A stretch of DNA of 64,000 nucleotides, taken from the NCBI GenBank assembly GCA_964500725.1, contig CAZCNP010000002.1, forward strand, positions 5,347 through 69,346, written 5' to 3'. Below, piece by piece: positions 18,835-29,080 of the stretch. Under the pieces are notes generated by a model. It had not been told where the DNA came from, did not search any database, and saw only the letters and a program-made list of their open reading frames with translations. A program made the position numbers and the translations under genes. Within the stretch, counting starts at the first letter, position 1. Every line of letters begins with the position of its first letter. The DNA is from an uncultured Gammaproteobacteria bacterium. Its GTDB lineage: Bacteria > Patescibacteriota > Microgenomatia > Daviesbacterales > UBA10151.

Positions 18835-19113
18835 ATGTTTGGATTTAGCAGGAAAAGGTTTCTAATTACATTAGGGGTAAGTGTGGTAGTGTGGTATGGA
18901 AGTGTATTGGTTCAGGGTATAACTGGGTATAAAGCACCTTTTAATGCTTTATTCTCAGGATCTATCTGTAAGGTAACAGGATTTCCTATATCTTTGTGTT
19001 TATATGGACGTTGGGTTTGGCTAGTAAATATAATTAATATAACTTTTTGGTTTTTGATCTTACATTTCCTTTGGAAATGGTTTGAGAATAGAAGAGTGTC
19101 TTCTAGGAAATAA
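18835..19113 (+). CDS. Small 2-TM protein
   Basis: TTGCAA-18-TATTGT promoter; TM-C..TGFP...C-TM. Confidence 0.65.
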   Translation: MFGFSRKRFLITLGVSVVVWYGSVLVQGITGYKAPFNALFSGSICKVTGFPISLCLYGRWVWLVNIINITFWFLILHFLWKWFENRRVSSRK

Positions 19114-22104
19114 ATTTGGCAATTGTTTGCCGAAGGAAAAAACATTCCCCCAGGACTGAAATGTAAAAAACAATCCCAGGCTTACTATTGAAACTATTGT
19201 GCCGGAAGTTACTAGTAATCCTCCTAAACTTTGTGCGATAGGGGTGTTTGTAATTTTTTCTGCAGGTAGATTATTTTGTTTATTTAAGATACCGCTGACT
19301 GTAATTTGGTCCGCAATATGTGAAGGGTTTTCAAACTTTAATCCTAATACCCCTGGTGGGGAAGATAAAGTATTAGCAGATTGTTCTATTGAAACAACGT
19401 TTGTGGAGCTGATAGTTGAAGACTCCGTAGAAGAGTTAGGATTTGACGAGTTGTTAGAATCTGATGAACTACTTGAAACAGCCCCGCTACTGGAAATTGG
19501 TGCAGGGGTAGGAGTTGTTGGCACAGCTATTTCAATAATTATAGTTTGAGGAACTTCTTCATTTCCTAGATTATCTATAGCTTTTATTTGCAGAGTAGTT
19601 ATCCCTGGAGATGAGATAGTAAATGGCCCTGTATAGATTTGGACTGTTTGACCGTTGTCTAAGCTGTATTCAATTTTTAATATACCAGCTTCAGAATCAG
19701 TGCCTGTTAAAGTAATGGTAACTGGACCTGTATAAATTCCAGAAATATCTTTAGTCCCAGAAATTTGAATAGAAGTTGTGGGTGGTGTCTGATCAAAAGC
19801 AGTATTTCCTTCAACTTCACTGGTAAAGGTAATGGTTGAACTGGCAGGTTGGGTTTCATCTGGATAATAAGTTAAGGTTGGGGAGGTATCAGAAGATGGG
19901 TCTAAATCAAATTCAATTTTGCCATTTTCATCAATTGTTAGATCTTTGTAGATAGTTGTTTTGGAAATTTTATCTTGTCTGTAAGTCCGTTTTTTAATAT
20001 TAGTGGTTTTTGAAGTGGTAGCTTTTCTTTTACGGGTAGCCTTGACTTTTACTTTAGCAGCTTTTTTCTTAACAAAAGCATGTTTGGTATTTCCAGAAAC
20101 AGTACAAGTCACATTAGGAATATTCTCTTCAATTTCTCCATTACTGTTTAATCCGCAGTGTCGGTTTTGGTCATCATATAAATCTAACTCCCCATCATCC
20201 AAGGAGATTTGGTCTCCTTCCAAGACAAATTTTTGCTCCTGTGCTTCTACAGGTAAGGAATTATCATCATTTAATATAGCTTTGACTGTTTGCATAGCTG
20301 TGCCATTTGAAGAAACCAAATTACTGTGCTCTTGTTCTACATAGTAAAGCTTGTTTGCTCCAGAAATATCTAAGGAATCATTTTTTAAAGAGGCGCTGTA
20401 TAAAGGCACAGTACCATCACCATTTATAAAAATCTCATCAGTTTTAGGAATCAAGTTAATAGGCCAGGTAATCCACCAGGTTTCATGAATTTGCCCAAGA
20501 GTGGGTTGGGAAGCGCCAACAATTTCAAAAACTGTCACATTATTTGTTTGGTTGTAGTTGGGATCAAGTGAGGTATGAAGTTCTTCTCCTAAACCAAAAG
20601 TTGTCATGTTATAACTTAAATTAGTTAGTAAAGATTTGGTTTGGTTGTAAGTCAGAGAATTTGTAACATTATTATTATCAATATCCCGATCATCTCGGAA
20701 TGGGTAGGGATAGTTTGTATCTGAATTATTATAGAAATTAAAATAACTTGTAGAAGGTAGGAGTTGAAATCCAGAGGTTAGATTTTGAAATATGTCTTTA
20801 ACTTCATTGGGGATGATTCCTATTTTAAAGAGATAAAGATCACGAGCTAACCATGTCCCAAACATAAGTGCTTTCAACGCATGAGGAGAGCCTAAATGGG
20901 GAACACCGAGCTCTATTAATTTATTAACCTTAGCTGCCTTTGTAGTATCTGAAATATAATACCTGACAACTAAACCTCCCATTGAATGAACTACTAAATT
21001 AACCTTTGGTTGTCCTGAGGCTGTTTTTGCTTGCTCTATTAAAGCATCCAAACTATCTTTGGTAGATCTAACATCTTTTCTCCAGTCATATGGAAATACA
21101 AAATAATTTGTACCCTTGGTATAGCCCATGTCTGTAAAGAATGAATCTATTTCTGAATACCCAAAAGAAGTTAAATTCCCTGTTAAAGAAATATCTGCTT
21201 CAGAAGTAACACCATCTGCTTTTAATTTTAAAACATCAAAATAATCATCATCTCCTAGCTCTGCTGCTTTGTCTTGATTGACCCAAATTTTTTCTCCTTC
21301 CGAGTAAGCATGAGAGTATATACCTGCATGTCCATCATCAGCAGACCAGATAATATCTTGTGAAGCTTTCATCTCAGATCCTCCAATTCCAGGAATAAAA
21401 ATTACTGGTAATCTTGGAGGAGGAGGGGGTGGAGAGGTATTGCTTAAAATAAAATACAAATCATCCCTCGGAGTGGTAAAAACAATACAACCTGAATTTG
21501 AAGTTTGAGAGTTCCATCTATAAGAGGAAGCATTACAAGAACCATTATCATAAGAGTATCTTAAGCCTCCTTCTGAAAAATAATCATTGGCAGTACCATT
21601 ATATGTGGCAGAACCCATCAACATTTTTGATCCCCCAGAGCTAAATCTATTGGCATTGGTAATTAGGATCAAATATCTATGTCCTGGAATAAATTCATAA
21701 TTTCTGCAGGAAAAATCTATAGTTACATCTATATACCCTGCAGGAACATTAGTTGTTGAAAAAGCTAATCCAGCTAGTTGTCCTTCAGTAGGGGTACCAT
21801 CTGGGATGCAACTTATTATATAGGTATTGGTGGTTTTGTCATAAATTCTGCTATTTAAACCTGTATAATCAAATTGTCGATCAACAGGCATTGCTGTTGA
21901 GACTCTAAAAGTAAAACTTTGGGCTGTGCCAGAAAGATTAGTACCCAATTCTTGAATGGCCTTCCATGTATTCAAAGGTGAGTTATATTCAGTAGTTTGT
22001 TCTGCAATAGACACAGCATAAACTGGAGGAGGGGACAAAAGCGCAAAAATTCCTCCCAAAAGGGCAAAACCAGCAAGAAGTTTAACTGGCAGGTGTATAT
22101 TCAC
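19060..22104 (-). CDS. Secreted, C-terminally anchored LCAT/phospholipase-like alpha/beta hydrolase
   Basis: Signal peptide; PVIFIPGIGGS, FPYDWR, VHSMGG, GDGTVP, EHSNL; Ig-like D.TPPTT repeat; Ser-rich linker; C-terminal TM. Confidence 0.85.
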   Translation of the reverse strand: MNIHLPVKLLAGFALLGGIFALLSPPPVYAVSIAEQTTEYNSPLNTWKAIQELGTNLSGTAQSFTFRVSTAMPVDRQFDYTGLNSRIYDKTTNTYIISCIPDGTPTEGQLAGLAFSTTNVPAGYIDVTIDFSCRNYEFIPGHRYLILITNANRFSSGGSKMLMGSATYNGTANDYFSEGGLRYSYDNGSCNASSYRWNSQTSNSGCIVFTTPRDDLYFILSNTSPPPPPPRLPVIFIPGIGGSEMKASQDIIWSADDGHAGIYSHAYSEGEKIWVNQDKAAELGDDDYFDVLKLKADGVTSEADISLTGNLTSFGYSEIDSFFTDMGYTKGTNYFVFPYDWRKDVRSTKDSLDALIEQAKTASGQPKVNLVVHSMGGLVVRYYISDTTKAAKVNKLIELGVPHLGSPHALKALMFGTWLARDLYLFKIGIIPNEVKDIFQNLTSGFQLLPSTSYFNFYNNSDTNYPYPFRDDRDIDNNNVTNSLTYNQTKSLLTNLSYNMTTFGLGEELHTSLDPNYNQTNNVTVFEIVGASQPTLGQIHETWWITWPINLIPKTDEIFINGDGTVPLYSASLKNDSLDISGANKLYYVEQEHSNLVSSNGTAMQTVKAILNDDNSLPVEAQEQKFVLEGDQISLDDGELDLYDDQNRHCGLNSNGEIEENIPNVTCTVSGNTKHAFVKKKAAKVKVKATRKRKATTSKTTNIKKRTYRQDKISKTTIYKDLTIDENGKIEFDLDPSSDTSPTLTYYPDETQPASSTITFTSEVEGNTAFDQTPPTTSIQISGTKDISGIYTGPVTITLTGTDSEAGILKIEYSLDNGQTVQIYTGPFTISSPGITTLQIKAIDNLGNEEVPQTIIIEIAVPTTPTPAPISSSGAVSSSSSDSNNSSNPNSSTESSTISSTNVVSIEQSANTLSSPPGVLGLKFENPSHIADQITVSGILNKQNNLPAEKITNTPIAQSLGGLLVTSGTIVSIVSLGLFFTFQSWGNVFSFGKQLPNLFPRRHSSILKPFPKEM

Positions 22105-22193
22105 TTTTTACAAGGCAATTGTCAGTCATGAAAAAGGGAAAAACAATATATCTTTAAGATGATTTAAGGTAACAAAATGGTATACTACTTTTT

Positions 22194-22886
22194 ATGTTTA
22201 CCAATCAAAAAGCTTTAGGGATACTTTTAATTCTTTTTATCTTTGCTGCAGGAATATATTTTACTGTCTCAAAATTTAAACAAGAGGTAAGTAGCGCTAT
22301 TGTCACCGCTTCTCCTTCCCCCTCCCCTGCAGCTTTGGACTTTGTTTTTAATCGAACCCCTGCTCCTACTAATTCAGGACAACAAGCTCAACCAACAGAG
22401 CTGCCTTTATCTAAAAATAAAAGACTTTCCCAGTTCCCAGGGGTTTTAAAACCAGAAATATTGGCAAATAAAAAAGCTATTATCCAAACTACCAAAGGTA
22501 GAATTGAATTTGAAATTTACCCTGAAGCCTCAGCAGCTGCTTCTAACTTTATGCTTTTGGCTGCTAATGGTTTTTATGATGGCTTAACTTTTCATAGGGT
22601 GGAAGATTGGGTGATTCAAGGTGGAGATCCTACTGGCACAGGCACTGGAGGACCAGGTTATCAGTTTGCTGATGAGCCAGTAACCAGATCATATATTAAA
22701 GGGGTAGTGGCTATGGCAAATGCAGGGCCTAATACTAATGGCAGCCAATTTTTTATATTGAAAACAGATTATCCTCTTCAGCCTGACTACACTATTTTTG
22801 GGCAGGTAATTGCTGGACAAGAAATGGTAGATCAAATAACTGTTGGGGATATCATGCAGAAGGTAGTTATCCAAAATCTTCAATAG
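22194..22886 (+). CDS. Membrane-anchored cyclophilin-type PPIase
   Basis: FHRV..WVIQGGDP, AMANAGPNTNGSQFFI. Confidence 0.92.
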   Translation: MFTNQKALGILLILFIFAAGIYFTVSKFKQEVSSAIVTASPSPSPAALDFVFNRTPAPTNSGQQAQPTELPLSKNKRLSQFPGVLKPEILANKKAIIQTTKGRIEFEIYPEASAAASNFMLLAANGFYDGLTFHRVEDWVIQGGDPTGTGTGGPGYQFADEPVTRSYIKGVVAMANAGPNTNGSQFFILKTDYPLQPDYTIFGQVIAGQEMVDQITVGDIMQKVVIQNLQ

Positions 22887-22903
22887 TGAGCGGAGTCGAA
22901 CTA
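22884..22903. repeat. REP-like mini-hairpin
   Basis: TAGT-GAGCGGAGTCGA-ACTA at the PPIase stop. Confidence 0.4.
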
Positions 22904-22949
22904 CACAATATATTGTGTATTGACACTTTATTATATCAACAAGTTATGC
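22903..22949 (+). promoter_or_regulatory. NrdR boxes
   Basis: Perfect palindrome ACACAATATATTGTGT (22903-22918); weaker second box 31 bp downstream. Confidence 0.85.
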
Positions 22950-22962
22950 TATACTTGTTTGT

Positions 22963-23406
22963 GTGAAATGCCCATTTTGTCAAAGTAATTTATCAAAGGT
23001 AATAGATAAAAGGTCTGTTGAAAGCCGCGGAGAGATCAGGCGCCGTCGGGAATGTCTAAAGTGTAGCAACCGTTTTACTACATATGAAATTAGGGCTGAG
23101 GTAGAGATTTTGGTTTTGAAAAAAGATGGTAAAAAACAGCCTTTTGATAGACAGAAATTGGAAAGAGGATTGGTTAGAGCTTTGGAAAAGAGACCAGGTA
23201 TTGACAAGGTTTCCTTGATGCTTGATAGAATAGAGGGCCGTTTGAGGGCAAAGAAATTACAAGAGGTGCCTTCTCATCTTTTGGGAAAATGGGTGCTGGC
23301 AGAGCTTAAAAAAGCAGACCCTGTTGCTTATTTGAGATTTGCCAGTGTTTATAGAACCTTTTCTGGTCCGAAAGACTTTAAAAAAGAACTGGAAGCGTTA
23401 GCATGA
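22963..23406 (+). CDS. nrdR: Transcriptional repressor NrdR
   Basis: MKCPFC, IRRRREC..C..RFTTYE, ATP cone, VAYLRFASVY. Confidence 0.96.
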   Translation: MKCPFCQSNLSKVIDKRSVESRGEIRRRRECLKCSNRFTTYEIRAEVEILVLKKDGKKQPFDRQKLERGLVRALEKRPGIDKVSLMLDRIEGRLRAKKLQEVPSHLLGKWVLAELKKADPVAYLRFASVYRTFSGPKDFKKELEALA

Positions 23407-26018
23407 AAAAAACAAATACCACCTTACAAGTAGTTACAGTATCTAGAACTAGCGGAAAGAAAAAACTTAATGGCCAGCATAAAACCAATGGTTTAGACAA
23501 AAACAGCAGAACCTTTGAAACCAGGTTTTTGCCTCGTTATAAAAAAATGCCTGAAATGCCTGCTGGCTTGCCAGAACCAACTTTTTCAGAAAGCTCTAAT
23601 AAAATCCTAAAAGAAAGATATTTGTTAAAAGGTGGAAATTTGGAAGTGGTGGAAACTGTGGCAGAAAGATTTTGGCATATAGCTTATGATATTGCCTCAG
23701 GTGATTTTGACCTTGCTGTTTCCTCTAAACAAGTTTTAGATACTGCTCAAAGTTTTTATACCATGATGGTCAAACAAGAATTTTTACCTAACTCTCCAAC
23801 TATTATGAATGCAGGAAAGCAAAACGGGTTGCAGTATTCTGCTTGTTTTGTTTTGCCGGTAGGTGATTCTATTGATGAAATTTTTGATAGTGTTAAATAT
23901 GCAGCACTTATCCACAAATCAGGTGGTGGAACCGGTTTTGCATTTTCTCGGCTTCGACCTAAAGATAACATCGTTGCTACAACCGGTGGGGTTGCCTCTG
24001 GGCCGGTCTCGTTTTTGAGGGTATTTAATGCTGCTACAGAAGCTATCAAACAGGGTGGTTCGAGGAGAGGTGCAAATATGGGTATTTTAAGAGTGGATCA
24101 CCCTGATATTTTGGAGTTTATCCGCTGCAAGGCAGAACTGGATGATTTAAACAGGCCAGTGTATGAAAGAATTGCTCCCCTGTTGGCTGATGATGTTGCT
24201 CGTGACTTTGTCAAAACTTTGCTTTTGGACAAACAAATTGCCAATTTTAATATTTCTGTGGCTGTGACTAATAAATTCATGGAGGCTTTGGAAAAAGGGG
24301 AAGATTATGATCTAATTTCTCCACACAGTGGAGAAGTAGTCGGTAAGTTAAATGCAAAGGCGGTTTTTGATGAAATAGTTCAAAGGGCTTGGAAAACAGG
24401 AGACCCAGGACTGATTTTTATAGATAGGATTAATGATTCTCCTGCCAACCCTGTACCTAGTTTAGAGCATATTGAAGCCACAAACCCATGTGGCGAACAA
24501 CCGCTGGCACCCTGGGATGCTTGTAATTTAGGTTCTATCAACCTGGGTAAATTTGTAAAAGAAGATGGATCAGATGTTGATTGGGAAAGACTGGGACAAA
24601 CTGCCAAATTAGCAGTTCACTTTTTGGATAATGTAGTTCAAACAAATCCTTTTACTTTAAAACAGATTTACGATGAGGTACACAAAAATAGAAGGATAGG
24701 TTTGGGCGTGATGGGTTTTGCTGATATGCTGTTTAAGCTAAAAGTAGCCTACAACAGCGATAGGGCCTTGCAGTTGGCTGGAGAAGTGATGAAGTTTATC
24801 AATGAGCAAGGGCACCAACAATCAGAGGAGTTGGCAAGAGAAAGAGGTCCTTTCCTAAACTGGGTAAATTCAATTTATGCAGATAAAGATTCCAGCGCTT
24901 TTAAAAACAGACCAGAATCTGATTCTTACAAAGGTGGAACCCCAATCAGAAATGCTACCATTACCACTATTGCTCCAACAGGAACTATTTCAATAATTGG
25001 TGATTGTTCGTCTGGAATTGAACCAGTATTTGCTTTAGCTTATATCCACAGAGCCAAAGCTGTAGGAGACCAGTATAGAACCTTGACTATTGCTAATCAA
25101 ACATTTACTGATATTGCCAAAAGAGAAGGTTTTTATTCTGATGATCTGGCAGCCAAGGTTTTAGATAATGGTTCTGTTAGCGGGGTAGACGGAGTACCAG
25201 AGCAGTGGCAACAAGTTTTTGTGACAGCCCCGGAGATTGACCCTATTTGGCATGTAAAAATGCAGGCAGCATTTCAAAGTTATACAGATAATGGAGTTTC
25301 CAAAACTATTAATTTACCCAATAGCGCAACAATTGATGATGTTCAGACTGCTTATCTTTTGGCCTGGCAGACAGGTTGTAATGGAATTACTATTTATAGA
25401 GATGGTTCAAAAAGCACCCAGGTTTTGAATGTGTCTTCTTCTTTAAATCAGAAGAAAACAGAAGATCCAGCTGCACCTGTGGCTGAAAGGCCAATGATAC
25501 TTCGGGGCAGAACTTATAAAATTTCTACTCCAGTAGGAGAAGCATTTATTACAGTTAACAGAGATGAAAATGACCAGCCATTTGAGGTATTTGTGACAGT
25601 AGGCAGGGCTGGGATGCATACAATGGCAGATGCAGAAGCTATGGGTAGGTTGGTATCTTTATCTCTTAGACTAGCTAGAGGTGCTAAAGAAACTGATCCT
25701 AAAGCAGTCGCCCAAAAGATTGTTAATCAGTTAAAAGGAATTGGCGGAGCCTCAACAGTAGGGTTTGGTAAAAATAGAGTGATGAGTTTGGCTGATGCTA
25801 TAGCTAAAGTTTTGGCAGAAGATTTGGCTATGTCCCCCCAGGTTGGAGGGATGGAAACAATACCTTTAAATTTAACAATTAGTGACGATCCAGAGCCTGT
25901 TGGTTATAGCTCTCAGCCCAAAATTAATGCTGATCTTTGTCCAGAATGTGGGTCAGCTTCTTTTGTGATGGAAGAAGGCTGCAAAAAGTGCCATTCTTGC
26001 GGTTACTCCATGTGCTAG
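23403..26018 (+). CDS. nrdJ: Class II (AdoCbl-dependent) ribonucleotide reductase with TSCPD-like and Zn-ribbon C-terminus
   Basis: PNSPTIMNAG, SACFV, TNPCGEQ..CNLGS, TIAPTGT, CPEC...C..CGYS.C; no beta-subunit gene nearby. Confidence 0.92.
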   Translation: MKKTNTTLQVVTVSRTSGKKKLNGQHKTNGLDKNSRTFETRFLPRYKKMPEMPAGLPEPTFSESSNKILKERYLLKGGNLEVVETVAERFWHIAYDIASGDFDLAVSSKQVLDTAQSFYTMMVKQEFLPNSPTIMNAGKQNGLQYSACFVLPVGDSIDEIFDSVKYAALIHKSGGGTGFAFSRLRPKDNIVATTGGVASGPVSFLRVFNAATEAIKQGGSRRGANMGILRVDHPDILEFIRCKAELDDLNRPVYERIAPLLADDVARDFVKTLLLDKQIANFNISVAVTNKFMEALEKGEDYDLISPHSGEVVGKLNAKAVFDEIVQRAWKTGDPGLIFIDRINDSPANPVPSLEHIEATNPCGEQPLAPWDACNLGSINLGKFVKEDGSDVDWERLGQTAKLAVHFLDNVVQTNPFTLKQIYDEVHKNRRIGLGVMGFADMLFKLKVAYNSDRALQLAGEVMKFINEQGHQQSEELARERGPFLNWVNSIYADKDSSAFKNRPESDSYKGGTPIRNATITTIAPTGTISIIGDCSSGIEPVFALAYIHRAKAVGDQYRTLTIANQTFTDIAKREGFYSDDLAAKVLDNGSVSGVDGVPEQWQQVFVTAPEIDPIWHVKMQAAFQSYTDNGVSKTINLPNSATIDDVQTAYLLAWQTGCNGITIYRDGSKSTQVLNVSSSLNQKKTEDPAAPVAERPMILRGRTYKISTPVGEAFITVNRDENDQPFEVFVTVGRAGMHTMADAEAMGRLVSLSLRLARGAKETDPKAVAQKIVNQLKGIGGASTVGFGKNRVMSLADAIAKVLAEDLAMSPQVGGMETIPLNLTISDDPEPVGYSSQPKINADLCPECGSASFVMEEGCKKCHSCGYSMC

Positions 26019-26027
26019 AATTTGCTC

Positions 26028-26561
26028 ATGACTGAAGAAAAGGGCTTAGTGATTTTATATACCGGTGAAGGGAAAGGCAAAACTACTGCTGCTTTGGGGT
26101 TGGTGTTAAGAGCTGTTGGCTACAAAAGAAAGTGCTTGGTTGTCCAGTTTGGCAAGATGTGGTTTACTGGTGAACTTGAAGGGGTTAAAAAGCTTGCTCC
26201 TTTTGTTAAATTTGTCCAAGGTGGTAAAGGCTTTGTAAAAATCCTAGGGGATAAACTGCCTTTATCTGAGCATAAAAAAGCAGCATTAGACACATTTAAT
26301 CTATTATATAAGGAAGCAACCTCAGGTAAATGGGATGTGGTGGTGGCTGATGAAATAGTGGGAGCAGTTTCTGCAAAAATCTTACCTCTTACTAAGCTCT
26401 TACAGCTTATTAAGCATAAACCTAAACAATTAGATTTAGTATTAACAGGCCATCATGCGCCTGATAGATTAATAGAAAAAGCAGATTTGGTAACTGAGAT
26501 GCAAGAGATAAAACATCCATACCAAAAGGGAATTTTAGCCAAAAAGGGTATTGACTTTTAG
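26028..26561 (+). CDS. cobO: Cob(I)alamin adenosyltransferase, CobA/BtuR/CobO type
   Basis: YTGEGKGKTTAALG, DE, LVLTG, ADLVTEM..IKHPY..G..A.KGIDF. Confidence 0.92.
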   Translation: MTEEKGLVILYTGEGKGKTTAALGLVLRAVGYKRKCLVVQFGKMWFTGELEGVKKLAPFVKFVQGGKGFVKILGDKLPLSEHKKAALDTFNLLYKEATSGKWDVVVADEIVGAVSAKILPLTKLLQLIKHKPKQLDLVLTGHHAPDRLIEKADLVTEMQEIKHPYQKGILAKKGIDF

Positions 26562-26584
26562 CACTCAAGATGGTATTCTGCTAA
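26551..26584 (+). promoter_or_regulatory. lon promoter overlapped by a CIRCE-like (HrcA) operator
   Basis: TTGACT-17-TATTCT; TTAGCACTC-N9-TTCTGCTAA at 26558-26584. Confidence 0.7.
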
Positions 26585-26593
26585 CTGAAAAGT

Positions 26594-29017
26594 ATGGCTG
26601 ATTTTATTAAACCTATCATCAATCAACCTCCAAAATTAAAACCCACCATGCCTGTTGGGCCCTTGCGGGACACAGTTATTTTTCCAGGAAACTCAGTGCC
26701 TATTATTTCTGGCAGGCCAAAATCCAAAGCTGCTTTAGATATTGCTTGGAACTCTGATAAATTAATAGTTTTTGTTACCCAAAAGAATTCTAGAATTGAA
26801 GACCCAGCAGAAAAAGATCTTTATAAAGTAGGTACTGTCTGTTTAATAAGAAGAGTGGTAAAAAATCCTGAAGGTGAATATACCCTGCAAGCAGAAGGTA
26901 TTGCCAGGGTATTTTTGAAAAGCTTTACCAAAGTAGATCCCTTTCTTGAGGCAGAAATAGAAGAAATCCCAGAGCTTTATGAAAAAAGTGAGCAAACAGA
27001 AGCTTTGGTAAGAACTGTTAGAGAGCAGGTTAAAAGATATCTAGAGCTGGGAGGTAATCCTTTCTTTGATCAAAGCAATATTGCCAATTGGTCTTTGTTT
27101 ACTTACAGTGATGATCCCAACCAATTGGTTAATTCCATTACACAAGCAATTGATTTTAAAACCATTGATAAACAACAAATTTTGGAAATGGTTTCTGCTG
27201 CTGAAAGACTGCAAAGGTTATCTGAGCTTTTGGCCAAAGAAATCAGAATTTTAGAAATCTCCCAAAAAATCTCCTCACAAACTCAGGAAAGAGTTTCCAA
27301 GATGACCAAAGAAGCAATTCTAAGAGAGCAGATGAAAAGTATTGAAGAAGAGTTAGGTGGTTCAGATGCTGAGCACCAAGAAATCAGGGAATTTGAGCTA
27401 AAAATTAAAAAAGCTGGCATGCCAAAAGAGGTTTTAGAAAAAGCCAGGAAAGAATTAGGCAGACTTGCCAAGATGTCTTCATATAATCCTGAAGCAGGCT
27501 ATATCAGGAATTATTTGGAATGGTTAACAGATCTTCCTTGGAATCTGGAAAAAAGAGGCAGAATTGATTTGAAAAAAGCAGAAGGAATATTGGAAGAAGA
27601 CCATTATGGATTAAAAAAAGTCAAAGAGAGAATTATAGAATACTTGGCTGTTTATAAACTGGCAGGCAAGATGAAGGGACCAATTCTTTGTTTTGTTGGT
27701 CCTCCAGGTACTGGAAAAACTTCCATTGGTAAATCCATTGCCAGAGCTTTGGGCAGAAAGTTTGTCAAAGTCTCTTTGGGAGGAATAAGAGATGAAGCAG
27801 AAATAAGGGGACACAGAAGAACTTATGTGGGCTCCATGCCTGGTAGAATTGTCCAGGGAATCAAACAAGCCAATACCACCAATCCAGTTTTTATGTTGGA
27901 TGAAATTGATAAAATTGGGGCAGATTATAGGGGTGATCCTTCTGCAGCTTTACTGGAGGCTTTAGATCCTGAGCAAAATGAAGGATTTTCAGATCACTAT
28001 TTAGAAGTGCCTTATGATTTATCTAATGTGATGTTTATAACAACAGCCAATATTTTAGATACTATTCCTGCTGCTTTGAGAGACAGGTTGGAAATTATCA
28101 GATACCCAGGTTATACAGAAGACGAAAAGTTTGAAATTGCCAAGAAGTTTTTACTTCCTAAGCAAATAGAAACCCATGGTTTGAAAAAAAGCCAAATAGA
28201 ATTTACTGATGAAGGAACAAGGTCAATTATTAGGGAATATACCCGAGAGGCAGGGGTTAGAAGTTTGGAGAGAGAAGTATCAGCTGTGATTAGAAAAGTT
28301 GCCAGAAAAATTGCTGAAAGTAATGGAAAATCAGAAAAATTTGTCATTACTCCTGCTGATGTGCATAAATTCTTAGGACCTATTAAATTCTTGCCAATCT
28401 TGGCTGAAAAAGCAGACGAGGTGGGAATGGTAACTGGTTTATCTGTGACAGAGGCAGGAGGAGAAGTATTATTTATTGAGGTTACCTTAATGCCAGGAAA
28501 AGGTAATTTGTTACTTACAGGGCAATTGGGAGATGTGATGAAAGAATCAGGTCAGGCAGCCATGTCTTATGTAAGGTCTCACTGGGCAGATTTGGGTCTT
28601 GCTGAAGGATTTTTTCAAAAGGTAGATGTTCATGTTCATGTGCCAGAAGGGGCAATTCCAAAAGATGGGCCTTCAGCAGGTATAGCATTAACCACAGCTA
28701 TTGCTTCTGCTTTTACTAAAATTCCAGTTCATAAAGGGGTTGCTATGACAGGGGAAGTAACTTTAAGAGGAAGGGCATTAGAAATAGGAGGGTTAAAAGA
28801 AAAAGTTTTGGCAGCCCACAGGGCAGGAGTAAAAATGGTAGTTGCTCCGGCAGATAATGAAAAGGATATGGAAGATATTCCAGATTATGTCCAAAAAGAT
28901 CTAAAGTTTGTCTTTGTTAAGCATATGGATGAGGTTTTAAAGGTAGCTTTGATAAGACCTCCTCAACCAGTTTCTAGAAAAAGGGTGCCAGTTCCCCCTT
29001 CAGCATATATTGCTTAA
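26594..29017 (+). CDS. lon: Lon protease (LonA)
   Basis: N-domain, [28 protein letters not shown]. Confidence 0.97.
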   Translation: MADFIKPIINQPPKLKPTMPVGPLRDTVIFPGNSVPIISGRPKSKAALDIAWNSDKLIVFVTQKNSRIEDPAEKDLYKVGTVCLIRRVVKNPEGEYTLQAEGIARVFLKSFTKVDPFLEAEIEEIPELYEKSEQTEALVRTVREQVKRYLELGGNPFFDQSNIANWSLFTYSDDPNQLVNSITQAIDFKTIDKQQILEMVSAAERLQRLSELLAKEIRILEISQKISSQTQERVSKMTKEAILREQMKSIEEELGGSDAEHQEIREFELKIKKAGMPKEVLEKARKELGRLAKMSSYNPEAGYIRNYLEWLTDLPWNLEKRGRIDLKKAEGILEEDHYGLKKVKERIIEYLAVYKLAGKMKGPILCFVGPPGTGKTSIGKSIARALGRKFVKVSLGGIRDEAEIRGHRRTYVGSMPGRIVQGIKQANTTNPVFMLDEIDKIGADYRGDPSAALLEALDPEQNEGFSDHYLEVPYDLSNVMFITTANILDTIPAALRDRLEIIRYPGYTEDEKFEIAKKFLLPKQIETHGLKKSQIEFTDEGTRSIIREYTREAGVRSLEREVSAVIRKVARKIAESNGKSEKFVITPADVHKFLGPIKFLPILAEKADEVGMVTGLSVTEAGGEVLFIEVTLMPGKGNLLLTGQLGDVMKESGQAAMSYVRSHWADLGLAEGFFQKVDVHVHVPEGAIPKDGPSAGIALTTAIASAFTKIPVHKGVAMTGEVTLRGRALEIGGLKEKVLAAHRAGVKMVVAPADNEKDMEDIPDYVQKDLKFVFVKHMDEVLKVALIRPPQPVSRKRVPVPPSAYIA

Positions 29018-29080
29018 GTTTCTTCTTGACTAATACTATAAAGTTAGTGTAAATTCTAGGATACTGCCTCGAAAATTTTC

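Noticed and set aside
19120-19160. FtsH-like 'FSFGK' after the lipase TM
   Set aside because: Too short to be meaningful; no other FtsH features.
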